This document shows positions 27,405-37,306 of a DNA stretch of 64,000 bases, piece by piece. Each line of letters starts with the position of its first letter. The stretch's first letter is position 1. This DNA comes from Styela clava (Eukaryota): the NCBI RefSeq assembly GCF_964204865.1, contig NC_135251.1, positions 18,414,001-18,478,000 on the forward strand, given 5' to 3'. The notes under the pieces are model-generated. The model ran no database searches and was not told the DNA's origin. It saw nothing but the letters and a program-made list of their open reading frames with translations. The position numbers and the translations under genes are program-made.

Positions 27405-29051
27405 ATGATCAGGCGATCAAAGTTAAAAGTACGTCCAGCAATCAGAAGAAGTTTATCGTCATCCCAAGGAACTGGCTCTTTGAACCAAAAAATTAATGAT
27501 GACAAGCCTATTGACGAAAACAGAACTGCTTCAATTCAATCTGAACCATCTGGATCAATCAAAACTGCCATGATCAGTGTAGATAATAAAATGCCAGAAC
27601 CTCACATGGAAGTAAAAACTAGTCCAGTAAAAAGTAATGGAAATAATGGTGTTGATAAAAGTTTAAGTGATAAGATACCTGACAAATCAACCCAGAAAAC
27701 ACCAGCTATATCAAGAAGACGAAAACTTGTTGCTTGCCCTCTTATGGCTAAAAAGAGGCAAAAGATTTCTATTAGTGAACACAAAGAAAAGACTGACTTG
27801 GAAAGTGAAAAAGCTGCTTCACCCCCAATCTCTCGTTGCGCCATTATAGCACCAATTATAACTTCCACTCAAATACAATTTGATGATGTACAATTGGATT
27901 CAAACAAATTACCTCCTATTGAAAATCTTCTATCTCCCATACATGTAGTTTCCCAACCTCATGAAATTAACACTATGGATCATGATTCATCATCACAATT
28001 TATCACATTGACTCCAGTTACATCAACAGCTTTAGAGGCTGGGGATTGCAGTATCGAAGCAGGATCACAAGACAAAATAAACATTCCAGTTTCAAATAGT
28101 GATGTCGACATACCAAAAAATAATAATGTTGCTGTTGTATCTTGTAACCCTTCGGATGTGATAGACTGCCCTACTGGTACCTTATCTGTAATCAAAGAAA
28201 ACACTCAGACTTCGATAACTGTTGACGCCAGTAAATCATTAAAACCTAACATTGACAAAAAAGTAAATTATATTTCTAATCCAAAAAAATCAGATCTCAA
28301 AGCAAAACAGTATTCAGCGACTGCTAAACATCGAAGTAATGCTTTCAAAAAATTGAAACAATTGAAAGAAAATCAAGAAGATGGAAATGAGTGGCCAGAG
28401 TTTGATCAAAATCTGGTTTCTATGTCAGATTTAATTTTTCTGAACCCACCTAATAAGCTTGGATTGACTTTAGGTATGAATGTACGTCAAGAGGAAGCAA
28501 GGGAAGAAATTCTGTCGCAGAAAGAAGACCAATTGTCTGCACCCTCAGTGGAGGTAGCGAAATCAAACTCGGAAGAACAAGGTGAAGATGCTGCACTTCC
28601 TGTGCCACAAATTCGAATTGCTGATGACGGTTCTATAGTTGTCGATGAAGACAGTTTGGTTTTAGACACTCAAAAACCTGTCGATCCTAAAATCAGTACT
28701 GTTTATGAATTTGGAAAAGAAAGCACAATCAATCAATGTAGTTTTATGCGACGCCCATATGTGAGAACTGCAAAATGGTCATTAGAGGAAACTGATAAAT
28801 TTTACAAATGTCTTTGTGTTGTTGGTGCCGAATTCAGCTTAATGGGAGCAATGTTTAGAGAAAGAACTCCAGATGATTTGAGAAGAAAATTTAAGCGTGA
28901 GCGCAAAAAGAATCCCAATCGTATTGATAAAGCTCTCATGCAACAACATTTAAGTAAATGGACGGATGATATGTTTGAACCAAAACTTGATAATAACGAT
29001 AATTCTCGCAGTTTGAATAATAAGCCAAGTGCTGAAGCAACAGTCAAATGA
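27405..29051 (+). CDS. BDP1: TFIIIB component B'' (Bdp1) homolog, 548 aa, intronless CDS
   Basis: MSDLIFLNPPN, VPQIRIADDGSIVVDEDSL and the SANT-like KWSLEETDKFY..GAEFSLM..F..R....LRRKFKRE.KKNP.RIDKAL are the conserved Bdp1 core. An acceptor TTCTACTTTACAG ends at 27373. Confidence 0.9.
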   Translation: MIRRSKLKVRPAIRRSLSSSQGTGSLNQKINDDKPIDENRTASIQSEPSGSIKTAMISVDNKMPEPHMEVKTSPVKSNGNNGVDKSLSDKIPDKSTQKTPAISRRRKLVACPLMAKKRQKISISEHKEKTDLESEKAASPPISRCAIIAPIITSTQIQFDDVQLDSNKLPPIENLLSPIHVVSQPHEINTMDHDSSSQFITLTPVTSTALEAGDCSIEAGSQDKINIPVSNSDVDIPKNNNVAVVSCNPSDVIDCPTGTLSVIKENTQTSITVDASKSLKPNIDKKVNYISNPKKSDLKAKQYSATAKHRSNAFKKLKQLKENQEDGNEWPEFDQNLVSMSDLIFLNPPNKLGLTLGMNVRQEEAREEILSQKEDQLSAPSVEVAKSNSEEQGEDAALPVPQIRIADDGSIVVDEDSLVLDTQKPVDPKISTVYEFGKESTINQCSFMRRPYVRTAKWSLEETDKFYKCLCVVGAEFSLMGAMFRERTPDDLRRKFKRERKKNPNRIDKALMQQHLSKWTDDMFEPKLDNNDNSRSLNNKPSAEATVK

Positions 29052-29489
29052 CAGCTCTATATGTATGAATATGAATCTTCGTTCAGTTTGATAAATATAA
29101 AATTCCAAATAAAGGTGGGGCTTGCAATTTTCCTTAATTCAGATTCAGAAATATGCAGCATTTAGCACAATTTTATTTTGAGAAGTATCGGTATATGTAT
29201 TTATATTCAAGTTGACTGCCTATTGAAGCTTGGCTAAAAGCAAGTCAGCAATTTCAAGTACTGATAATATATCATAATTTATTAGAATCCCAGCTGTTTC
29301 TTATTTGTTTATCTGGTGTTGGTGGGTATAAGCTTTTGGGATTACATGAACATATATACACAAATGTGCATAATCAAAAATATCAGTTATGAAAATATTG
29401 TGCAAACTCATCATGGTGGAAAAGTTGAAAAGCCATTTGTTTTATCATATAAAATCTAGAAATTAAATGGGTTTGCAGAACAGATTTCT

Positions 29490-29624
29490 TTCAACTTTCT
29501 GACATCTTGAGTGCCGCATTTTGCATCAGATTTTTTTATGATGATGTTCAAAGCATTCAACTTTCTGACAAGAGTGCCACATTTCGCGTTAGATTTTTTT
29601 ATGATGATGTTCAAAGCATTCAAC
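29490..29624. repeat. Two-copy ~65-bp tandem repeat in the probable BDP1 3'UTR
   Basis: TTCAACTTTCTGACA...ATGATGATGTTCAAAGCA occurs twice. Confidence 0.85.
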
Positions 29625-31160
29625 CAGCCAATCAGTGATGTAACATTTATTCATATGTTTTTTCTTTACCCTTGTAATTTGTGAATGTATATCACATGCT
29701 TCTTTTTTTGGTATTGAATGTGTTTCAAGTTTGTAGATGAGACCCCTTTTTCTTGGTCCTACACCATCAGTTACATTTTCTGTTTGCTATCCAAGTATAA
29801 ACTGTGAATCTTTTCTTGTTATTTTATTTGCAAATTTTTTGTAGACGAAAACATTTCCGTACCAATTTTGATTAGTACAATTCTTTGATAGCAGCCTGAG
29901 GTCCAGTACATTTTTAAACAGTTCCTTGTAAAATTTCATGTTCCATGACAATGTTCATATTGATATTATTGGTTGTATTAAGAGCAAAATGTGCATCATA
30001 AATTTTCTTTGGTAGTCAATCTAGTCATGGAATTGTTAGCATACTACAGTCTGAAAAATGAATTCACCTAAATCAAGGCTACTATTTAACAATGATAAAT
30101 TATGGGAATTTCAAGTAGTGGTATTATAATATTTTGATCTGGGTTGTAGGAGATGCCGTTTATAAATTGTGTGGGTATGTGGTATGGCTGAGGTGGTTTA
30201 TTTTGTCTTTGAGTTTATTCATGATGATTCCAATTCTTTGGTGGTTTTGTTTTGAATTAGAATTTTTTTAAAATAAAGATTTATATCGAGTCTGTTTAGA
30301 AAAAATTAGATGAAATCGAACTTACAATAAATCATGATTTTGCAGAAGTAATATATTCAAATTTTATTCAAAAGATTGTGTGAGTTATTGAAAAGATTTC
30401 TTGGGTGTTCTTCTGTTTTCTGACAATTAGAATCCAAAATTTTTGGCTTGATTTGTTTTTATTCCATTATTTAGTCTCATTTCTCATAACCTATGTCTGA
30501 AAAAATTAGCAAATATTTCATATTTCCGGTACTTACTTTTAACTTACGGGTCAATACTATATCTCCAATTTTGCTGAATTTCAATTCCACGCTCTAACCG
30601 TTTTTAAAAACTATTTCCAAATCATCATATCTGTCAAATATGCGCAATTTCACAATAAATTGCTGTGAAAATGTCTCAGGTAAAGTCAAACATTTTTGCT
30701 ACAGGACTTTCCAATAAATAAATCTCATTGTCATACCTAAAAATACTGTGTCTCCTATTGGATAGCATGCAATCAACATAAAAAGCTAAATTTATGTAGT
30801 TGAAACCTCGGAACGGATTCAGGTGGGATCGCTTGTTTAAATTTAGTCGAAAAAATGGGACAATGTTTTTTGGGGTTGAAAAACACTTTTGCAAAAAAAT
30901 CTGCGTTTCCCGCCTAAAATTATCAGAAACTCTCCATCAAACGCGACTTTTCTGCGTCACGCACTGTCGGAATTGCGGATTTTATTATTGCTGTGTTTCG
31001 GGTTGATCTTCAGCAATTTTGATCCTTCTGATCGACCTTTTTATTTGTAACAATTAATTTGTTATATATTTGTGTTGTTGCGTCATATTATATGTAAATC
31101 CGCATATATTCGATTTTCACTACTTCGTTTGTTTCAATCGACCAAACAGTAAACGCAGAT

Positions 31161-31944
31161 ATGGACACAGAGGCCGATCGCACAGCAGAGAAAATTTCTG
31201 TTAACAATGTTGAGATATATTACGAAAAATGTGGAAGCGGTCGAATAGTTGTTCTTATGATTCCTGGAATATTTGGTTCAGGAAGTCGAGATTTTGAACC
31301 ACAATTACGCGGCTATGATAAACAGGAATTTACGCTTGTAGCGTTTGATCCGAGAGGATGTGGGCGTTCCGTACCCCCGCCGAGAGATTTTCCAATAGAT
31401 TATCTTTCACGAGATGCGAATGATGCTGCCAGATTAATGGAATTGCTTGGATTCAATGAATACTGCGTTCTTGGTTGGAGTGATGGCGGAACTGCCGCTT
31501 CTATATTAGCAGCAACTTATCCGGGGAGGATTAATAAACTTTGTTTGGGGTGCAAATTCGTACGTTAACAAAGAAGATGTTGAAATTTGGCATAAATTGA
31601 AAAATATTTCATCTTGGAGCGGCCGTGCAAGAGATGCACACTTGGAAATGTACGGTGCAGAACAACTACAAAAGTCTTGGACCGAAAACTTGGACACTAT
31701 GAAAAAGATACTTGAAGATTATGATGGAGATGTTTACAAAAAATGCCTGGGAAATATTCAAGCTCGTACTTTAATCATTCATGGTATGAAGGACCAGGTG
31801 GTAAATTATGCACATGCTAAATGTTTGCACGAAAATATAAAACGGTCTAATATCGAATGCTGGCCTGAGGGTAAGCACAGCCTCCATTTGCAGCACTCCG
31901 CAAAATTCAACTCAATAGTACAAGCCTTTCTTTTGGCAAAGTAA
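31161..31944 (+). pseudogene. BPHL: BPHL paralog split by one frameshift at ~31542 (recent pseudogene, null allele or assembly error)
   Basis: ORF 31161 (IPGIFG, DPRGCGRS, GWSDGG) continues after ..AAA CTT T|GTT TGG GGT GCA AAT TCG in the frame of ORF 31597 (HGMKD, GKHSLHL). Skipping one base gives ~260 aa colinear with 25582-26406. Confidence 0.85.
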
Positions 31945-32237
31945 AACAAATATAATTTAATGCGGTGAGATTCGCAGCGCCAGATTTCATCACAGTGTGA
32001 TTTTTTACCTCAAAATTGTCGTAGCGACCTGATTTTGCACCTCAACACTCGAACGAACAATGGGGCCAAGAATCTTGGTTTTGCATAAAATTGATAAGTA
32101 TTATTTAAAAGCAGATTCAAAACCAGACAATCAAGACTAATCTGCAGTGCTGTTGTACAGGTTTTCCATGACTCATCATTTATCCATGATAGCATGAGGC
32201 TTGTCATTTGACTCCGAATTTTTCAGATAGTCAAGTC

Positions 32238-33725
32238 CAGTGGTTCTTAAACTGGGGGCAGATGTCTTGGCGAGAGGTCACAAGATGGAATCGGAAATTT
32301 CAATGTAACGGCTTCTGAAACCGTCTCCTCGTTCGTTGAAAATACCGGCTTTTTCGCGGTATAATATTTTTTTCTGTCTCGTAATATTCAATTAATGACA
32401 ACTACAAGAATTCAAAATGTCTCTCTATTTTAACTCATTTGTGGTCAAGGTAACTCGCGGTTGCGGCGACTCGCGACAAAATGAACTCATTACCATCTAC
32501 AATAACACGCCAATCCGAAGACATATGTGTGATCAACTGCCCGATTATATTTAGTTTTGATATATATTGCGCTCATGCGAATTCGTTATCGTCGTTAGAA
32601 TGGTCTGGTATAAAATCCCAAAATATATATTTAATTTAGTAGAATGTAAATACATGTAAAGTATATTAGCATATGAAAAATACATATCCATCGCCCCTAA
32701 ATCTCCGCGGTACGGCCGCCACTCAAAAGAGCCGACTTTTTCAACGGATATATAATGGTTTTTTTGTTGAATAAAAAATTCTATTCATGACCGATATACA
32801 TATTTGAAATGGTTGCTTTATTTATTTAATTATGATAAATTAAATTTGCGATTGCAGATTAAGTCTGCGATAAAATACCACTGAGTAAAATTTATTTCAG
32901 GTCGGTAGTTTTAGAACACTACAGGTGTGCGCATGCACAAGGAATTTATGAGATTTGCAATGTCTAAGAAAGTGTTTTCAATCTGTCGCGGTCCACCTCA
33001 AAACAAAACTTATGGTGTTTTCCGTTTTAATTTTAGTATTTTATAATGTCGCTTTTTCAGTCAATAATTTTTTGGTTGCGGAATCACTTTATTATTCTAT
33101 CTTTAGCATCTCGTCGCTGATGCTTATATATATAATAACTCGTTTTCCTCGCATGTGTCATAGTTCCATGCGAGATAAAAAAAAAAGTAATTATCGTCTT
33201 CGCGGCACAAAAATATGTAGAGAAAAATTTCTCATTTAGGGAGAATAAACACCAAAATGTCCACATGCATAATAACTATTAAAATTGAACTGCTTTCTTT
33301 ATGCTAAAAATGTACATCAATTCATTTGCACTCCTCCATTTTGTAAACTGTATTTTTGTACCAGGTTATCCAAAGGTATTGCTAGTGAAATTTGGAGACG
33401 TTAGGCAAGCCATAAAGTCTGTAATTGCTGTGTATTTGTGAGTCAGTAGTGATGAAGTAAACAATTGATTGAAATTTTACGTGTCTTATGTAAACGTTAA
33501 GCAGAAAATGCATTGGAGCGCAAAAAGCAGACGTTTATAGCGTGTTTAGTTTTACTTAAAACTTAGTTTGACTTAACCAGGTATTGCAAACTGAGCGGAA
33601 AAAGGAGCAACTTGCCCATCACAACGGCATTTTTTTCATTGCAAAAAAAGAAAAGGGGGTGACGAGCGCGAAGACTGTAAAATTTTTCAAAGGAGGGCGC
33701 GGCTCAAAAAATTCAAGAACCACTG
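32238..33725. mobile_element. Non-autonomous hAT (Buster/Charlie-like) element
   Basis: TIRs CAGTGGTTCTTAAA / TTCAAGAACCACTG with 8-bp TSD GTCAAGTC / GTCTAGTC. Confidence 0.82.
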
Positions 33726-34728
33726 GTCTAGTCAATTTAATTTAAATCTCAATTATATCTGACAAATTTTCACTATCGATTGATATCCAACCAAACCTTC
33801 ATTACGATATTTACATGTGAATGGGGAAGATATTCAAAGACGTTATCTTGTCGTGGATGGAACAAGAGAAAAATGATGTACTCACGGTGTGAATATACTG
33901 ATTGCCAAAGAACAGAAGGTATTCGAAAGAGATATATGGCGACCAGACCAGACATATGATGATTGATTGATTGACCATCGTTATGGAAGGTTTTACTTTA
34001 ATCGAGATTCGCTCTGTCTAAGCCAGGTATACACAACATGTAGCCGTCGAGGCTAAAACCTGCGGTCGTGCTGGCGTATGTTATTTTTTTGCAAAATAAG
34101 GCAAGAATGAATTTTTGGGCTCAAGTAAATGAGATGTATCAAGAAAAAGCCGTACTTTTAATGCAAAACGTGATGACGTCAGCTATAGAAAAAGGCTTAA
34201 ATAATCTGGTCTTAACGAATCAATAGTCTGCTCTATGATCTTCGTTTTTATTACCCGTTTTGACAACATTTATAGCAATGACGCTCGTACAAGTTACGTG
34301 CTTTCGCCTGACTACAGAAATATTAGTGTTCAATTCCTATCTACATATCATTAATTAATACAACGTGCGGGTATTACTTTCATTATTAACATGTGTGGGA
34401 AAAGCACTATATTAGGCTGATTTGCATCAAGGTTCGAGTGCCGAAGATTTATAAAGTAGAGGTTGTCAAATGTCAATCCCCAGACAAGCTTTTTGGAGAA
34501 TTATTCACTAATTATATCTTCCTATCATAATAATACTGCAATTGAGCGAGCAGTCAGCGTAAAAAAAAAGAATTTTGGGCACAAAAATGAGACAGGGGTC
34601 AATAAGTTTCAAACAAAACAAAAAAGATGGCATGCAAATTGTAACTAAAATTTGGGTATTTTAGAGCAGTGGTTCTTAACCTGTTGTACCCATTATTGCA
34701 TTAATCATTGCAACAATTAACTTATGAG

Positions 34729-35093
34729 TAGGGCTGGGCATTTCGAATCGAATAGTAAATTATTCGAATCGGTTAAGAGCAAATTTTCGAATCGCCGCCA
34801 TCTTGTTTTACTTTTTCCGCCAATGGTCGAGGTAAATTTCTCATTTTTTTTCACTGAAGCCATATTTTTTCAACACAATTCTGACACATGACTCTTTTCT
34901 GTATTGAGGTATTGATGAAAACGTGTTTTTTATTGTCAGTGATGTATTGACTATGTTTTCAGTTATTTATGTGTTTGGAAGACCTAAAATAATAAGAAAG
35001 TTACATACAATTTCATACCTTCCAAGTATTCGATTCGAAAAAATTATTCGATTCGATTCTGAAATCATCATTATTTGAAAATGCCCAGCCCTA
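34729..35093. mobile_element. hAT MITE nested in an older hAT remnant that starts at ~34667
   Basis: TIRs TAGGGCTGGGCATTT / AAATGCCCAGCCCTA, perfect TSD CTTATGAG and subterminal TTCGAAT repeats. The host starts CAGTGGTTCTTAAC, and its continuation at 35170-35310 resembles 19200-19375. Confidence 0.87.
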
Positions 35094-35928
35094 CTTATGA
35101 GTTGGCTAAAATATGGCGGCAACTCGATCTTCATCTCCCATACTGTATTTATTCGCTGAACCGGTTTGTAGCGTTGCCGGTCCTTGTCTGATCGCCCTTA
35201 TCCGCTACTGCCCGCGGCCCGCCTACAGCGAAACGAGACGGGCATGTTTTCGCTTGTTTCATGTGTTACGTCCACAATGCATCTGCATTAGGAGCTTTCG
35301 GCGGAAGTGGTCGATGCGCGCCGAGATACCCTAATAGCGGGCAGCGGCTTGATACACGATACGGATATTACTATTGCTACCTGATGTATGTGCTGGCTGA
35401 TCGGAATAATCATAAGTTTTGAGGCTAATTAATTTGGAAACTAGATCAGGCAGTTCGTGATAGCGGCTAGCGTCGATCAGCATGTATTTATACACAATGA
35501 CAATTAAATTATTTGATTTACAACTACTTTTTGGAAACACAACTAAAACTTGACAAATAACACACAAAGCCGCAAACAAGAGGCATTGTTTGCAACCACG
35601 TCTAAATATCTGTCTGAGTGATTAATATTTGATCGCGGCATAAATTTTGAATATTACGTAATTGTTACCTTTTTGCTGATTTGTAGTTGTTACAGAAGTA
35701 AGCAAGGAAATCGATGCGCAAGGAGGCGATGATTAAAGCTGTTCGGCTCCGACGGTAGATAACGCAAATTCTCTTGCGATTTTGCACGTAATTATTACGT
35801 TGTTACTGCATATAAATAATACGTGGAAACTTCGCACGAAAATCTAAAAATGGATGTAGTGCTACATAAAATTCCCCACCCCAAAAGCCAGCGGGGGGAG
35901 GGCTCGTAATTTTACGCTAGGTGTCGGT

Positions 35929-36047
35929 ACAAACATAGCAACCATCTATAGCAACCGCGTCAGCTGCTAAACACCACTCGGCATCAGGGCAAATGAGCAG
36001 CGAGTAGTTCAGAAATCCAGGATTATTTCACTTCTTGTCATGGCGAG
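35929..36047. promoter_or_regulatory. RFX X-box-like motifs upstream of the ERICH3 homolog
   Basis: Tandem ..CATAGCAAC and ..CTATAGCAAC (35929-35955) plus CTTGTCATGGCGAG (36034-36047), compared with consensus GTTGCCATGGCAAC, in a locally GC-rich region. Confidence 0.5.
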
Positions 36048-37306
36048 TGTTTTTTCACTTATTTCTAAAATATCAACTGTTTATAATTCTTCAAGTTGAT
36101 CCATCTCTGGATGATTGATTGTTAAAGATATATTTTTATTGCTGCACCGGTACGGTACGGTACATTAGCCCATTGCAGTATTGACTAATATCTACTGCAA
36201 TACGGTACCGGTACCAATTACCATAGCTGAATGAATACATGTACAAAAATAGACTGTGTATGAGTAGGGCTATAAATTTCAGACCCCATTGTCTGATTGC
36301 GGTATAATTGAAACTAATAGGCCTGAAGCTATTCTGCATATTACTGTACACAGGTACCGGTACAGTATTATGCAGAATATGTGTAAAGGTAAACTGACGT
36401 CAAATACTCTTTTTTCAGTTTTTAGGGAAAGCTAAAAAAAAGTAGAATTTTGCTGTATTGATGAATAAGGACTGTAGGATGTTGGACTATTGTCAAAGTG
36501 TTCGCAGCCATTCAATTGTTAAATTCGAAATACAGTATGCAAGGTCTACGAGCAGCTTCAGCTAAAGAAGGGAGTATATTTAGCGTACTCTAAGGGAAAT
36601 TATCAGTGACAGTTATCTATGTGGTAGGCCAGATCAGTTGTTTAAAATACTAAAATAGTCTGTTCCTGGGAATGATATTTTATCTGTTTATTTCCCCAAT
36701 ACCCTGATACTGCACTCTCACATCTGTGTGCAGGTGTAGGCCCTATGCAGTGGTGGGATTCAATTTTTTTGTCAGCCGGTTCCTTTACACAAGTCCGTTT
36801 TGTTACAAACAGAACATTGACAGTAACCAGTAATGTTAACCGGTTTGCTGATCTCATAAACTTCCGTGAGACGGTTCTATAGAACCGGCTGAATCCCACC
36901 ACTGGGTGTATGAGGCTGTTTGCTAAACATCTCCTCTAATTTTTAGTGATTTCAAATTTTTATCAAATAATCTTTAACTCAGTTATATTTTCATTATTTA
37001 CACTTACTTATATTACTAGGTTTTAGTGAAAGAGCCAGGAATGCATTCTATTACAGTATTGTGATGATCTTTGATTCGGCTAAGTAGTGTCAAAGAAGCA
37101 ACTAAAATTGAACCAACAATTTTCTTGGGCTCACGAAAATGATTGCTACAATTTTGATCTTACTATTCCTTAGAGGTTATAAATTCTGATTGAGAACACT
37201 AATATACCGATTCTTTATCTAATATTATTTGATCTTTTGCTTTTATAGCTTCAGTTTACCTAGAGCCTGTAATTTCAGTTTTACTTTCAAAAAACCAAAA
37301 AAAATC

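Noticed and set aside
27602-29047. Minus-strand ORFs over BDP1 (similarly over BPHL and ERICH3)
   Set aside because: They are shadows of real coding sequence on the opposite strand.
29490-29624. ATGATGA and CTGA motifs suggesting a C/D snoRNA or SECIS
   Set aside because: The boxes are only ~20 nt apart, there is no proper stem, and a simple tandem duplication explains the pattern.
37229-37306. N-terminal extension in the 1053-aa ORF call
   Set aside because: It starts at TTG inside a polypyrimidine tract; homology begins at ATG 37307. The ORF tail after 40304 is intron.
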